A DNA stretch of 64,000 nucleotides. Origin: Felis catus. Its lineage: Eukaryota. The notes under the pieces are model-generated. The model was given only the letters and a program-made list of their open reading frames with translations, was not told the origin of the DNA and did not search any database. Positions 39,898 through 53,894 of this stretch are shown here, piece by piece. The stretch lies in contig NC_058368.1 of assembly GCF_018350175.1 (NCBI RefSeq), positions 88,786,001-88,850,000 of the forward strand, in the 5' to 3' direction. Made by a program: the position numbers and the translations under genes. Numbering within the stretch: position 1 is the stretch's first letter; each line of letters opens with the position of its first letter.

Positions 39898-40470
39898 CAG
39901 GTGACCCTTAAACAATATAGCAGTTAGGGGACATCAATGCCTTGTGCAGTCAAAAATCTGCATATAACTTTTTTTTTAAATTTTTTTTCAACGTTTTTTA
40001 TTTATTTTTGGGACAGAGAGAGACAGAGCATGAATGGGGGAGGGGCAGAGAGAGAGGGAGACACAGAATTGGAAGCAGGCTCCAGGCTCCGAGCCATCAG
40101 CCCAGAGCCTGACGCGGGGCTCGAACTCCCGGACCGCGAGATCGTGACCTGGCTGAAGTCGGACGCTTAACCGACTGCGCCACCCAGGCGCCCCGAAAAA
40201 TCTGCATATAACTTTTGACTCCCCCAAAACTTAACTGTTATTAGCCTACTGTTGACTGGAAGCCTTACTAATAACATAACAGTCAATTAACACATATTTT
40301 TTAGGTTATATGTATTATATACAGTATTCTTACAATAAAGTAGGCTAGAGAAAAGAAAATGTTAAGAAAATAGTAAGAAAGAGAAAATACACTTATAATG
40401 TTGTACTATAAAATATCCACATATAAGTAGACCTGCGCAGTTCAAACCTATGATTTTCAAGGGTCAACTG
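39898..40470. mobile_element. Tigger2a-like non-autonomous DNA transposon
   Basis: TIRs caggtgaccctt ... aagggtcaactg followed by TA; internal gactcccccaaaacttaact motif. Confidence 0.88.
39969..40194 (-). mobile_element. Young SINEC_Fc inside Tigger2a
   Basis: CpGs intact; TSD aaaaatctgcatataacttt. Confidence 0.97.
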
Positions 40471-41483
40471 TATAGCCAGAAATGGGAGGAAGACTTTATG
40501 ACACAAACTGACCATGCATAAAAGATGTTGTAAGAATGAAAAACTCTGGATACCTAGAAAGGACTATGGAGTGTTTGAAAGGACCATTGTTCAAGGTTAT
40601 ATATAGTTTAAATTATGACATTTCAGTAAGCCTGTGTATGAAGACTTGCTTATTTTTCTGGGTTTGAATAGACTGCAAAGGAGTCTTGCTAAGTTTTTGA
40701 TCAACACCAAAAAAAGAAATATTTTTTTCTCTTATTATGAAACTAGAAGATAAAGAAGCCTTATAAGCAGCATGAAGGCCCACTAGAATTTTCCCTTATG
40801 ATAGTGCTAATTCAGGAAAAGGGTCTAAGGCCATAGAACAATTTTGAAAGCAAAATAAGGCTGCCAAGGCTTCACCCAGTGTATGAGATTAAGTTTTAAT
40901 GGCATATGATGAAGTGGCTATGACACAGCTGGCAGAGTTGGTTATGTTGTTGAAAATGGCTCCTGAAGGAATTGGACAGTGGATATAGAACAAGGTAAAT
41001 CCAAAGAGTAAAAGTACAAAATTAATAAACAGAAAAGCCAAAATAGGGAAGAAAAGCTGTAACCTTGACAAATAAAACCAAAATCTTGTTCTTTAAAAAG
41101 ACCATTAAAGTAAGCAATATTTGAAAAATATGACAGACGTGCTTAGCCATAAAGCAGAGGGTTTTTTTAATTACAAAAGAATACCACGTTAACTCTATAC
41201 CAACACATTTGAAAATCTAGACAAGGTGGATGAGTAGTGAATAAATTATATGTAGTCAATATTGACTTACATGTTGAGCAGAAAATACAAATAGTTTTAT
41301 GAAATTAAAAATCATAATTAAATATCTACAACTTAGAGAAACATTGGTTGCTTTCCAATTCTTTTAAAAAGCTAGAGACGCCTAATACAGACATCAGACA
41401 TGGAAAATATATCAAAAAAAAAAAAGCAAACAGAGGTTGCTAGAGTACATTTCTTTTAAGCTGTTAAGTTCTAATTAATATTA

Positions 41484-41690
41484 GGGTGCATGGGTGGCTC
41501 AGCTGGTCGGGCATCTGACTCTTGATCTCAGCTCAGATTGCAGTCTCATGGTTTGTGAGATTGAGCCCCACTTCAGGCTCTGCTCAGGGAGTGTGGAACC
41601 TGCATGGGATTCTCTCTCTCCCTCTTTCTCTGCCCTTCCCCTGCTTGTGTGTACTCTCTCTCTCTCTGTCTCAAAATAAATAAATAGACC
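41484..41690 (+). mobile_element. Older Can-SINE
   Basis: Consensus. Confidence 0.9.
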
Positions 41691-42106
41691 TTAAAACATA
41701 ATTACTATTAGCAAATGGATTCCAGCAACATATTGAAAAAATATGTCATTATGACCAAGTATGATTTGTCACCATAAAGCAGATTTGTAAAAGTAAAGTA
41801 ATAGTTGGAATGAGGAAAGCAATGTCCATATCCAATATCAAAATATACTCCAAAGTTTCAGTAGTTTTAAAAATCTAACAAGCTGCAACAATACATCAAT
41901 ATAGCATTGAATCAGAAGAGGAACCCATGTATACATGGGAAATAAAATATAGGAGAAATAAAGTATAGGCTGTCCTTATTTGTGGAACCGCTGAAATGAT
42001 CATGTAAGTGCATCTGTTTGAAGTGATCTTAATGATCAATGAGAAAAATATGATTGTTCCATTACCTTAAACATTTTCTGACAAAACATGAGAAATTCTC
42101 TTCCTG

Positions 42107-42274
42107 AGGTGCCTGGGTGGCCCAGTCGGTTAAGTGTCTGACTTCAGCTCAGGTCATGATCTCTCAGTTCCTGGGTTCAAGCCCGGCATCAGGCTCTGTG
42201 CTTATAGCTCTGAGCCTGGAGTCTGCTTTGGATTCTGTGTTTCCCTTTCTCTCTGCTCCTCCACTACTTATCCT

Positions 42275-42312
<38 letters not shown>

Positions 42313-42347
42313 AATAAATACACAGTAAAAAATTAAAAAAAAAAAAA
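42107..42347 (+). mobile_element. Can-SINE
   Basis: Consensus; TSD agaaa(t/c)tctcttcctg. Confidence 0.93.
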
Positions 42348-43409
42348 CCCAGAAACTCTCTTCCTGTTGGTTATAAAGGTACAGATAAAGTTAAAAAATA
42401 GTAAACCTTATATTTAGTGAATATACTGTAATTAAAACATTATACATACTTGGAATTAACATAGTTTATTTCATTGTGAAAACCTCATGATACTTCCAGT
42501 TTCCAGTCCAGCATGTAAGGAGCTTAGAAGTCAACTCCATCCTAATAAGTAAAAAGCTGAACAAACTAAAAAATCAACAGTTCTTCTTAGATTCATTATA
42601 AGAATGAGATCACAGGGCCAATCACTGTCCACAAAATTGGAGAAGCAAATAGGCAGATATGGAGAATGACAACTTAATGGAGTAGAAACTCCAAGACCAA
42701 AAATCTATATAAAAACCAGTACAGAGGTAGGAAACCCTGAACTGTAATTGGTGAATTGCTAGAGGCTCACTGTAAAAGAAAAAAAAAAAAAAGGGGGCTA
42801 TGAGTTAAAAACTCCAGGGAAGTTCCCATACTTTTGTGTGTTTCTGTCTTGGAGCTCTACCAGATTGTCATTTTGAAGATCAGAGAAAAATCCCCCTAGG
42901 GGTTCTGGCAGGGGGAGGGGAAAAGGCACAATTTTGAAATCTACCAGAGCATTCCATCATTCTTAAGGCCTATCGTCAAGACAAGCTGTTTTGCCAGAGG
43001 CCTAACTTCTTGGAGTTTTGTCAAAGTCTACCTGACCTGGAGAAAGGGAAGTACCTAACTCCAGCCCTACTTAGCCATTCTGTCCATGCCAACAGGTGGG
43101 GGTAAAACAGAGAGACACTTGTGAATCTCATAGCTGAGGGGCACAGGCTCACTACTAGACTGAAATCTAATTGTAGGACTCTAGAAATATTCTCTCCCAC
43201 ACTATAACATCACATCACTAAAGGCTTATTTTCTGCAGTTAATTTCATCCAGTGCATTAGGTCTGGAATCATATGAAATGCTTAATAACACCACTAATGG
43301 CAGAAAAAGAGTGACAGACAAAAATAGGTATAGAGAACAAGGGCAACAAATACAAAACAGTAAGAAATATGGTAGACATTAATCAGCTATATTAATAAGC
43401 ACCTTAAAT

Positions 43410-43618
43410 TATTTTTTTTAATTTAATGTTTATTTATTTTTGAGAGAGAGACAGAGTGAGTAGGGGAGGGGCAGAGAGAGAGGGAAACAGAATCCAAAGC
43501 AGGCTCCAGACTCTGAGCTGCAGCACAGAGCCCAACATGGGGCTCAAAGCCACAAAGCATGAGATCATGACCTGAGCCCAAGTTGGTCCTTTAACCACGT
43601 GAGTCACCCAGGTGCCCC
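43410..43618 (-). mobile_element. Can-SINE
   Basis: Reverse consensus. Confidence 0.92.
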
Positions 43619-43779
43619 ATCAATAATCACTTTAAATGCCCATGGTCTAAATATACCAATTAAAAGAGGGAGATTGTCAGAGGGGATCAAAAAACAAGAT
43701 CCAGCCATAAGAAGTCTACTTTACATATAAAGACACATATAGATTAAAAGTAAATGGATGGATAAAAATATACCATGCT

Positions 43780-44000
43780 GAGGTGCCTGGGTGGCTTGGT
43801 CGGTTAGGCATCCGACTTCGGCTCAGGTCATGATCTCACGGTCCGTGAGTTCAAGCCCCGCGTCAGGCTCTGTGCTGACAGCTCAGAGCCTGGAGCCTGT
43901 TTCAGATTCTGTGTCTACCTCTCTCTCTGCTCCTCCCCTGTCCATGCTCTGTCTCTCTCTGTCTCAAAAATAAATAAACGTTAAAAAAAAATTAAAAAAA
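43780..44000 (+). mobile_element. Can-SINE
   Basis: Consensus; TSD aaaatataccatgct. Confidence 0.95.
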
Positions 44001-44309
44001 ATATACCATGCTAAAACTAATCAAAACAAACATCTCTTTCTTTGGGTGAAAGAGATGAATCTACTATTATAACTGGAGATTTCCTCATCCATTCATCATA
44101 AATGGACAGGTCCAGCAGGCAGAAAATCAGTAAGAACATAGCTGAATTCAACAACACCATCAACCAAATGGATGTAACATCTACAGATTACTTCATTTAA
44201 CAATAGAAGAACACACATGTCTCAAGCTCATGTGGAAAATACACCAAGACAGGCCACATTCTGGACCCTAAAGCACACCATGACAAATTTAAAACAACAG
44301 AAATCGTAG

Positions 44310-44635
44310 TGTGTAGCAGGATTCTCACACAGAAAGGGACACCGAGGTTTTTCTTTTCAGGAAGCAACTTTATTCTTGCTGACACTGGCTCAGTTGGGTT
44401 CATACCCAAAGAACTGAGTCCTAAAGGCCAAGTGGCATATTTTTTTATACATTTTTTTTCTACTTCTTTGTCTCCCATATATGGTAATGCACAAACATGA
44501 GGTCTGACTAGGTGGTCTCATGTCACAGAGTCATGAGGGATGTCATGTATACATATAGCCAGGTTGCCTTCCTTTATCTTGAGGTGTTTTTTTTTCTTTT
44601 TCTTCCACATTCCTTAGGGAGGGGACCCTACCACA
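44310..44635 (-). mobile_element. Solo ERV LTR inserted in the L1 endonuclease region
   Basis: TG...CA bounded ~325-bp block interrupting otherwise continuous L1 sequence; reverse AATAAA (tttatt) at ~44368. Confidence 0.7.
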
Positions 44636-45162
44636 ATAATATCTGTTCCTAGACCACACTGAAACTAAACTAGGAATCAAGACCAACAGATAGCTAGAAA
44701 ATCCCCAAATACTTACAGATTAAACAACAAACTTCTAAATAATACATGGGCCAAAAAAAAAAAAAAAAAAAAAAAAAAAACCAAAAAACCTCAAGGGAAA
44801 GTTTTAAATATTTTGAACGACATGAAAATGAGAACACATCAAGACTTGTGAAATGCAGCAAAAACAGTGTATGGGGGAAATTTATAGCATTGAATGCATG
44901 ATTAGAAAATAAGAAAGATCTCAAAATCAATCACCTAAGCTTCTACCCTAGGAAACTAGGAAAACAAGATCAAATACAATTCAAAGTAAGCAGAAGAAAA
45001 GAACCAGTAAAGATTAGAGCAAAAAGAAAAGAAACTGAAAAGAGGATATTGACAAATTGATAAAACCAAAATCTGATTTTTTGAAAAGATAAATAAAATT
45101 TAAAAACCTCCAGGTTAATGAGAGAGAAGACACATCATTAGTATCAGAAATGGAGGAATGGA

Positions 45163-45372
45163 AGGGCGCCCGGGTGGCTCAGCTGGTGAAGTTTCCAACT
45201 TCAGATCTGGTCATGATCTCACAGTTTGTGAGTTCAAGCTCCATGTCCAGCTCTGTGCTGACCGCTTAGAGCTTGGAACCTACTTTAGCTTCTGTGTCTC
45301 CCTCTCTCTCTCTGCTCCTCTCCTACTCGTGCTCTGTCTCTCTCTGAAAAATAAAGGAGCATTAAAAAAAAG
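45163..45372 (+). mobile_element. Can-SINE
   Basis: Consensus; TSD aaatggagg. Confidence 0.9.
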
Positions 45373-46179
45373 AAATAAATGGAGGGAAAAATATCAATAC
45401 ATATCCCATGAACCTTAAAAGGATAATAAAGGAACACTATGAGAAACTCTGTGCCCGCACAATTGAGAACCTAGATGAAACAGACTAATTCCTTGAATAA
45501 CACAATCTGAAAACTCACACAATGAGAAATAGACAATCTAAATAAACCTATATTTATTTTTAAAATTGAATCAACAACTAATAACTTTAAAAAAAAAAAA
45601 GAACATGAGGCCCAGATGTGTTCACTGACTACCATTTAAGGGAGAAATTACACCAATTCTCCACAATATCTATCAGAGAATAAAAGCAGAGGGAATACTT
45701 CCTAACTCATTCTATGAGGCCAGCATTACCTTAACATCATATTGAATGGTGAGAAACTAAAATCTTTTCTACCAAGATTAGGAACAAGGCAAGGAGGTTT
45801 CCTCTCAACACTCCCTTTCAACATTATACTGGAAATTCTAGCTAATGCAATGAGATAAGAAAAGGAAATAAAAATGTATCTAGATTGAAAAGGAGAAAAT
45901 AAAATTCTTTGTTTTTGCAGATGGCATGACCATCCACGTAAAAAAAAATGAGAAAAATATCGGAAAACTGCTGAAACCAATAAATGATTATAGCAAGGTT
46001 GCTCCACACCTTCCACACCTGTGAGAAAGGCCAGACTCCAGAACACAGACAACACCAAATGATGGCTACCAACAAGTATGTGGAGCAACACAAACTCTGA
46101 GTGTGAGTTTGTGAGTGAGTGCAAAATGGTACAGCCACTTTGGAAAATAGTTCGGTAGTTTTATATAAAAACTAAACAT

Positions 46180-46410
46180 GGGGCACCTAGGTGGCTCAGT
46201 CGGTTAAGTATCCGACTTCAGCTCAGGTCATGATCTCACAGTTTGTGAGTTCAAGCCCTGCATGAGGCTATGAGCTGTCAGCCCATAGCCTGGAGCCTGC
46301 TTTGGATTCTGTGTCTCCCTCTTTCTCTGCCCCTCCCCTGCTCATGCTCTGTCTCTCTCTGTCTCTCTCTCAAAAATACATAAACATTAAAATAATAATA
46401 ATAATAACAT
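46180..46410 (+). mobile_element. Can-SINE
   Basis: Consensus with (AAT)n tail. Confidence 0.92.
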
Positions 46411-46414
46411 GCTA

Positions 46415-46770
46415 TTAAATAAAATGAATAAACAAACAGAAAACAGAATCAGATCCATAAATACAGAGAACAACTGGTGGTTGCCAGAGGAAAAGATGGT
46501 GGGTACATGGACAAAATGGGTGATGGGGAGTAGGACATACAGGCTTCTAGTTATGAGATGCATCAAGTTAAGGAAATGAAAGGCACAGAATAGGGAATAT
46601 AGTCAATGATATTGTAATACTGTTGCATGGTGACAAATGGTAGCCACACTTATGGTGAACACAGCATAACCTGTAGAGCTGTTGAACCAGTATGTTGTAT
46701 ACTTGAAACCAACATAACATTGTGTGTCAACTATACTCAAACAAGAAAATTGAAAAGAAAACAAAAAACT
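46415..46770 (+). mobile_element. L1 3' UTR fragment (L1MA9/L1_Carn-like) nested in L1MC
   Basis: acagagaacaactggtggttgccagagg..tagggaatatagtcaatgatattgtaata..aacataacattgtgtgtcaactatact. Confidence 0.8.
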
Positions 46771-49563
46771 CAACACACCCTTGCCATACGACCTAGCAAT
46801 TTGCTCTCCTTGGTCTTTACCCAAAGGAGTTGAAAAGTTAAGTCCGCATAAAAACCTGCCTCAGGATGTATATAGCAGTTTTAATTGCCAGCACAGTGGG
46901 TTGAATGGATGAATATCTGTGGTACATTCAGACACCAGAATACTGTTCAGTGTTAAAATAAAATGAGCTATCAAGCCATGAAAAAACACGAAAGAAACTT
47001 AAATGCATATTGCTAGGTGATAGAGGCCCATCTGAAAGATGCCACGTATGATTCCAACTCTATGACACACTGGAATAGGCAAAAAATACAGAGATGATAA
47101 AAGATCAGTAGCATTCCAAGGATTAGGGTCAAGGAAGGAACGAATATGCAGAGCAAAGGGAATTTTTAGGGCAGTGAAACTACTCTGTGTGATCCTACAG
47201 AGGTAGATATATGTCATTATATATTTGTCCAAACCCATAGAATACTGGACGCTAAGAACGAACCCTCAGGTGGCTGTCTGTCATCTTTGAGTCATAATGT
47301 TTCAATGTAGGTTCATCGATTGTAACAAATATGCCACTCCGGTGTGAGAAGTTGATCATAGGGAGGCTGTGTCTATGCAGGGGTGGAAGGTATACATGAA
47401 CTCCCTACCTTCTGCTCAATTTTGCTGTGAACCTAAAACTGCTCTAAAAAATAAAGTCTATTTTAAAGGAGAAAAGACTTCTCCAGACTAGTCTGCACAG
47501 TGATTGCCCTCCTCTTGTTGCATAGCTTACCATAAAGAGCAGGAATCTCTTCCATGTTTTTGCAAATTCTCACACTCCTTTCTGAGTTTGTTATCAGCTT
47601 CTGACATTTTACCCTTTGTGCTTTCATTGTGGGGAAATATAGCTGAGAGTTCCTTGAATGTGAACCTTTTGGCTGATGTAATTTACTTTCCTTGTTGCCC
47701 CTCGCCCCTGCTTGTGATTATCCAGTTTTGTGAATGGTGATATGGACATTCACTAGGACAACAAGGAAGCAGCCCAATGATACGTTTTGCTGTCTCTGTG
47801 TGAACTGAATGCCATGCACGGTGACCCAGCACTGACAGATCGAGACAGAAGTGACCACTGATCATGACACACATCTGTGATCTGCATAGTGATTTGAGTT
47901 CTGAAGGACTGGCTGTGAAGTTTGTTACTTTTGCAAACTTTCTAACTGTTAATATATGGTGTTGTTCCAGGACTGGGATTCTTTAACTAAATCATAGTAG
48001 CTGAAATTCATGCATAGGTGTCCTGTGCAGAGCAAGGACTGCCTGTATAGCGTGCATTTGATGGTAGTTTATTATAAGAAAATACGTACAAGAATGTAAG
48101 GTAGGATGAGGAGTACTATTCTTGTTACGATGAAGTCTTTACCTAAGCAGAACACAAAAGTGAGAGACCATAAAGAAAAAGACCGCAGATTTGACTTTGT
48201 AAAAGCTAAAAAAAATTCTACATGGCCAAAGATAATCTAAACAGAGTTAAAAGACAAGTGACTAATTAGGAACTATAATATCCTAAGAATTTGGCCAGCC
48301 ATTCCTTCCTCCACAACAGTATAAAGATGGGGAAATCTCAAGGAGTCAAACTTCATGGATCAATCAATAGCTGAGAGGTTAAACTCAATTTCTTATGGTA
48401 CAGACTTCATTTTATGGAATGCAAAGAACTTTCCAACAGAAAATGCAGAGTATTTCCAGTCTCATCGAGGTCCTGTGCAATGCACTTAGAGAAACATCAA
48501 GTAACTGTGTGTTAGATGAATTTATTTTCTGTTCTATAAGAAAAGAATAATTAACAGAATGGCTGTTTCTCCCCGGGGCAGAATTCCACTATTGTCTCTG
48601 CACCACTGAGCCTTGCAAAACATCGAAATCCATGGTCTCTAGCAAATCACTCTTAAACAATCAAGAGGGGAAGAAATGAAAAAGCTAATGAACTTGCCAA
48701 TTACCCTTATAGCCCTGACTCCTGAAAATAAGGATGATGGGAAATAGATGCCCAGGTATGGGGACCTTATAGGGATTCTATGTGCAGCAGAGAGGAAAGA
48801 AAGCCTCTGATAACCTACAGAGGTTGATTTATTCATAGTCTCAGTGGGAAAATGTTGATTAAGAAATGAGAGGCTACAGGCAGGAGCAGGTCCTGAAATC
48901 ATGCCAAAATACCTCAAATGTTCCTAAGGAATCCCGCGGACAACTGTGTCAGAGTGCAGCTGACAAATGGAGTATAGTAAGCACAGAGATTATGCCCTTG
49001 TCAGCCAGCATACGGAGAGCATTACTGATCCTCAGAAAAAATGTACTGTGACTGGGTCTAAAACCTGACTGGAATTTTCCATAGGTGTGTGATATTGGAG
49101 ACCGGTTTGCAGCTGCATTTGCCAAATCACCTTTGCAAAGCACAGTAGGTCACGGCCGGAGGAGCAAAGGCTGCTCTGCTCTTTCTCAAGCAGAGAAGGG
49201 TTTTCTAAGTGCCAAGTTCTCTCCCACAAAGGATGGGGATAGCCAATTATGGGTTAGTGATGAGTACAAGCATCTGTGATCCCTCAGCTAATTTCCATCT
49301 TGAAGTTGGGGTATAAAGTCTCAAGTGCTAGGTGATCAGTCACAATCCCTTTGAACAGGTGCTTAATCAGGACTGGATAGGATGCATTCAGGTTGGGCAT
49401 CTGGCATTTGGTACTAGCTCTTTCTCTGTCCTCTAGGATGGCTTCAGACTTTTTGTTTTGCATCTATAGTATTTGTTATTGTTGTTTTGTTATTTGAGTA
49501 CATATTAAGTAGTGATAACACTACTTGGTGGCATATTCAATAAAAAAAAAACTCCATTGTCAT

Positions 49564-49790
49564 GGGGTGCCTGGGTGGCTCAGTCGGTTGGGCGTCCGAC
49601 TTTGGCTCAGGTCATGATCTCACCATCCGTGAGTTCAAACCCCGCATCAGGCTCTGTGCTGACAGCTCAGAGCCTGGAGCCTGCCTCGGATTCTGTGTCT
49701 CCCTCTCTCTCTGACTCTCCCCTGTTCATGCTCCGTCTCTCTCTCTCTCTGTCTCAAAAATAAATAAACATTAAAAAATAAATAAAAAAC
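49564..49790 (+). mobile_element. Can-SINE
   Basis: Consensus. Confidence 0.94.
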
Positions 49791-50030
49791 CCTCCATTAC
49801 CAAGTGCAAACCAAACAGTAAATGCTTTATCTTAGGAAGCCTGAATAGCAGTTTTCTGAGCTCTTTTATTCTGGGAAATGTTCATAAATACACCAGGAGA
49901 ACAAAGTGAGAAGAAGGAGACTGTACCTAGCCTTTTATCAATGCAGTGTGACTCTTAACCAAGGATACACAGTGGCTAAAAACACAGGGTAATATTGGTT
50001 TGGAGTGTGTCCTAAAGTCAGCATGCCAGA

Positions 50031-50031
50031 T

Positions 50032-50074
<43 letters not shown>

Positions 50075-50084
50075 TATGTTTATT

Positions 50085-50125
<41 letters not shown>

Positions 50126-50298
50126 ATGAGTGGGGGAGGGGCAGAGAAAGAGGGAGACAAGGGAGACACAAATCCAAAGCAGACTCCAGGCTCTGAGCTG
50201 TCAGCAAAGAGCTCGACATGGGGCTCAAACCCGCTAACTGCAAGATCATGACCTGAGCCAAAGTCAGTGGCTTAACCGACTGAGCCACCCAGGTGCCC
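50031..50298 (-). mobile_element. Can-SINE with (TTTA)n and (GA)n
   Basis: Reverse consensus; TSD agcatgccaga. Confidence 0.94.
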
Positions 50299-50384
50299 GA
50301 GCATGCCAGAATTTAAATTGCCACTCTGAAACATAAGACCTTGGGACAAATTACTTCTCTAAACTTTTTTCCTGCATCTCAGAA

Positions 50385-50830
50385 AAATAATACCCTTGCC
50401 GTAAAATGTCCATGTCCTAATCCCCAGGACCCGAGAATGTCACCTTAAAGGGCAAAAGGGATCTTATAGATGGGATTGTTAAGGATCTTAAGATGGAGAT
50501 ATTATTTCAGATTATCTGATGGGCCCTAAAATAACCCCAAGTGTCCTAAGAGAAAGGCAGAGGGAAATTTTACCACAATTAAAGAGAATGTGTTGATGAA
50601 ACAGGGACTAGATTAATGTGGTCAAAAGGCAAGGAATGGTAGCAGCCACCAGAAGCTGGAAAAGGTAAGGGCATGGAGCTTCTAGAGGGAGCACAGCCTT
50701 GCCAACTCCTGATTTCAGCCTAGCGAAAATGGTTTTGGACCTCTGACTTCGAGAACAGTAAGAGAAAATGTGTTTTAAGCCACCAAGTTTGTGGTGAATT
50801 GTTATGGCAGCCATAAGGAACCCATACCTC
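50385..50830 (+). mobile_element. MaLR LTR (MLT1C/D-like)
   Basis: atgtccatgtcctaatcccc..ccaccagaagctgga..ttttaagccaccaagtttgtggt..gcagccataaggaa. Confidence 0.85.
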
Positions 50831-50867
50831 ACAGGAACTGTTACTCCAGATAAAATGTGTGACTTGT

Positions 50868-50983
50868 AGTTCGTAGGTTCAAGCCCCACATTGGGCTCTG
50901 TGCTGACAGCACAGGGTCTGCTTGGGATTCACTCTCTCCCTGTTTGCCCCACCCCACTCTAAAAATAAATAAGCTTAAAAAAA
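50868..50983 (+). mobile_element. 5'-truncated Can-SINE
   Basis: ttcaagccccacattgggctctgtgctgacagc; TSD aaaatgtgt(g/a)act. Confidence 0.85.
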
Positions 50984-51109
50984 TGTGTAACTGGAAATAC
51001 ACTTAGTAACATGTCTAACATACAGTAGGGATGCTGTAAATGTATATCCTTCTTGGAAACTGAAGCTTGGTTTAAGGGATCATTGAAACCAGTACAATGG
51101 TCACCATTG

Positions 51110-51327
51110 TTTTAATATGTATTTGTTAACATTTTATTTATTTTTGAGAGACAGAGAGACAGAGTGTGAGCAGGGGAGGGAAGAGAGGGAGACACAGAAT
51201 CAGAAGCAGGCTCCAGGCTCTGAGCTGTCAGCACATTGCCTGTGGCAGGGCTCAAACCCACAAACTGTGAGACCATGACCTGAGCTGAAGTTGGACACAT
51301 GACCAATTGAGCCATCCAGGCACCCCC
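51110..51327 (-). mobile_element. Can-SINE
   Basis: Reverse consensus; TSD aatggtca(c/g)catt. Confidence 0.93.
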
Positions 51328-51749
51328 AATGGTCAGCATTTTTGTCCACGTTCATCATGGTAAAAATGCCTAGACACCTGCTAGAAAGATCTCTATACTC
51401 CCTCACAATGCCCCACTTCTCCTAATAGAGGGGAAAGATTCCTTCTCCTCACTTAAGTCACATTATTATTTTCCTTTCTACTTTATTATTATTAGTAGTA
51501 GTAGTAGTATTACTCTTCATTCAACCAGTCTTTCCGAACTTTAAACAAACTCATTTCTCAGTGGATTCAGGTGCTATCTTAATTAACATCCCAACAAGCA
51601 TCTTATTATTTCTAGGCCTCATCACCAGAAATTTCTGAACTTAGCTCCTCCTCAGTTTCTGCTGTCATTCATTTTCTCATTTCTCCCCTCTGATTTTAGT
51701 TCATTCTTGACCACTTAGTCCTTTCCTTAAACACAGTTTTTAATAAGGT

Positions 51750-51980
51750 AACAGAGCGAAGTGGTAAAAGTCTAAATGGCCTTGTTTCAAATCTTGGGTT
51801 TTGTCATCCACTTACTGTGTGACGCTGGACAAGCTATTTAACCTCTCTGCTTCCCCCCCAGAAATGGCTATTATGAATAATACCTACTGCTATTATGAAG
51901 ATAAGTGAGTTAATATTTGCCAAGTTCTTACCATAGCACTATAGTCACAGTGTAAGCGCCACAAATGTATTTGCGAGCAA
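51750..51980 (+). mobile_element. MIR
   Basis: ccacttactgtgtgacgctggacaagctatttaacctctctg. Confidence 0.7.
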
Positions 51981-52355
51981 TGATAAATGCAAAGTCCAAG
52001 CATATACTTTTCTCAACTTTCAGTCATAACTTTGAGATATGTATTTGGTGAAATCAATATAAGCCTTTTCAAGGGACACACAAGATATTTCTATCAAGAA
52101 AAATTGTTGTAAATGATTGTCCATGTGGCTAGTTTGGGTGTTTCACCAGTGTTTCCAAATTTCTCTATGACAGCCTGGGTTTAGTCCAGTGAAAAATTAG
52201 AAACTTGAGCTTCTGTTTTAAACCCTTTACCTTAAGGCCTCCCACCCTCATCTCTTTGCCCATCAACTTTCATTTGTCCTCCATGCTATGAAAATCTACT
52301 TCTAAGAAAGTCTCTGACGTCCAGCTTAGCATGGATTTAAAACAAAGGCACTGTT

Positions 52356-52578
52356 GGGGCACCTGGGTGGCTCAGTCAGTTAAGCATCTGATCTCAGCTC
52401 AGGTCATGATCTTGCATTTCGTGGGTTGGAGCCCCGCGTCAGGCTCTGTGCTGACAGCTCAGAGCCTGGAGCCTGCTTTGGATTCTGTGTCTCCTTCTCT
52501 CTCTGTTCCTCCCCTGCTCACACTCTGTCTCTCTCTCTCTCTCTCTCAAAAATAAATAAAGGTTACAAAAAAAAAATT
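52356..52578 (+). mobile_element. Can-SINE
   Basis: Consensus; TSD aaaacaaaggcact. Confidence 0.95.
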
Positions 52579-53894
52579 AAAACAAAGGCACTATTTGCAC
52601 AAAAGACACTAGCTTTCAGGAGTTGTTTTGTCTTGCTTTGTTTGGTTGCCCTCCTCCCACTGGCAGCCTCGGACAAAAATCCAAAGATCCACGTCGTGAC
52701 TCTAATTCTTAGCCCCTGTTTGATTATGTGAGCTCAGTTCTCCTACCTGGAAGGGGTATCTGAGAGAAATGCTCTGTCTTTGGGGCTGTTGAAAAGAACA
52801 TTTCCAGCTTAGGTATGAACTGTTGCCAGGAAGCCTGGTTATATCACATCACCCCAGGATCCTAGCAGTGATTGGCTCAGGAAGGGCCTGAACAGGCTCA
52901 TCACAGGTAGTTTCAAGGTCTCTAAAATGAATGCAGTTAGGGCAAGAAAGACATGTATCAAGGAGTCTGAACTACTGAAAATTTTCACAAACTACTTTTT
53001 AGTTCTTGAGAAACAGATGCAGGGAAAAAGTCCTGCTTATCACTAAGAGTTTTAGCCCAAAATGCTATACAAAATTTCTAATCTTGTAAAACATATGGGA
53101 TCTTTGGTGAGCTCTCACTGAAGGCCTAGTCCAGTGTGGTACAATATGAAATGTGGACTACCTGGAGTGCTAGCTAAAACCCATACTGCTGTTTCTCCTA
53201 CAAAGCTACAAAATTAAGATGATCGGGCCAGAATGATGCATTTCTCATAATTAGTGATTAGTGAGCATTTCTGGCCTAGCCTAAAGGCAGTCTGAGTAGT
53301 CCCTTTGGCCCCCTTTCTTCTGGGATCATATCCTTTGGTGTTATAGCTTCCAAACTGAGGAGGGGAGGTACAAGGGTTCTAGAAAAAGAAGGAAGGGACC
53401 CAGCCAAGTAAAGAAAATAATCTCAAGTTTGAAAATAAAATATTTTTTAATGTGCAAATAGTGCAAGGATTAAAAAAGAGAAATAGTTCAAATTTTAGTA
53501 AAAATAATTTAAAATACATGAGAAGTATAAACCAAACTAAAACGTAGCATGATTTTGAACAACTGATGTTAAAGACAAGACAGAGCACTATACTGACAGA
53601 GCAGAAAATACAGTCCTCTCACACTACTTTCCCCAGAACTAAGCAATACTTCATCAATACAGTTTGTTGGTTTTCAACCCTTAGAGCCAACCTGTGGATA
53701 AAACACAGAGCACTTTGCTATAACTGTTTGGCAACATGTCAATGCTAACAATACAGACAAACAAAAGCAAGCACGTATTCACAGAAGGTGATTCGTACAA
53801 GGGGAAAGGAAAGGTAGAGGGACTACAGGGCACAGCCTCGTGCATAGAGAAAATCATGAGGTTAGGGTGAAAATTAATAACACAAGACATAAAG

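Larger units (their letters stand above)
42485..47465 (+). mobile_element. Ancient L1MC-like element, heavily deleted, with many nested insertions
   Basis: 5' region at 42485-43260; EN/RT remnants (cctaactcattctatgaggccagcatt; tttgcagatggcatgac); 3' end ctcaattttgctgtgaacctaaaactgctctaaaaaataaagtcta. Confidence 0.85.

Noticed and set aside
49071..49080. GGAATTTTCC NF-kB-like site
   Set aside because: Single short motif, expected by chance in 64 kb.
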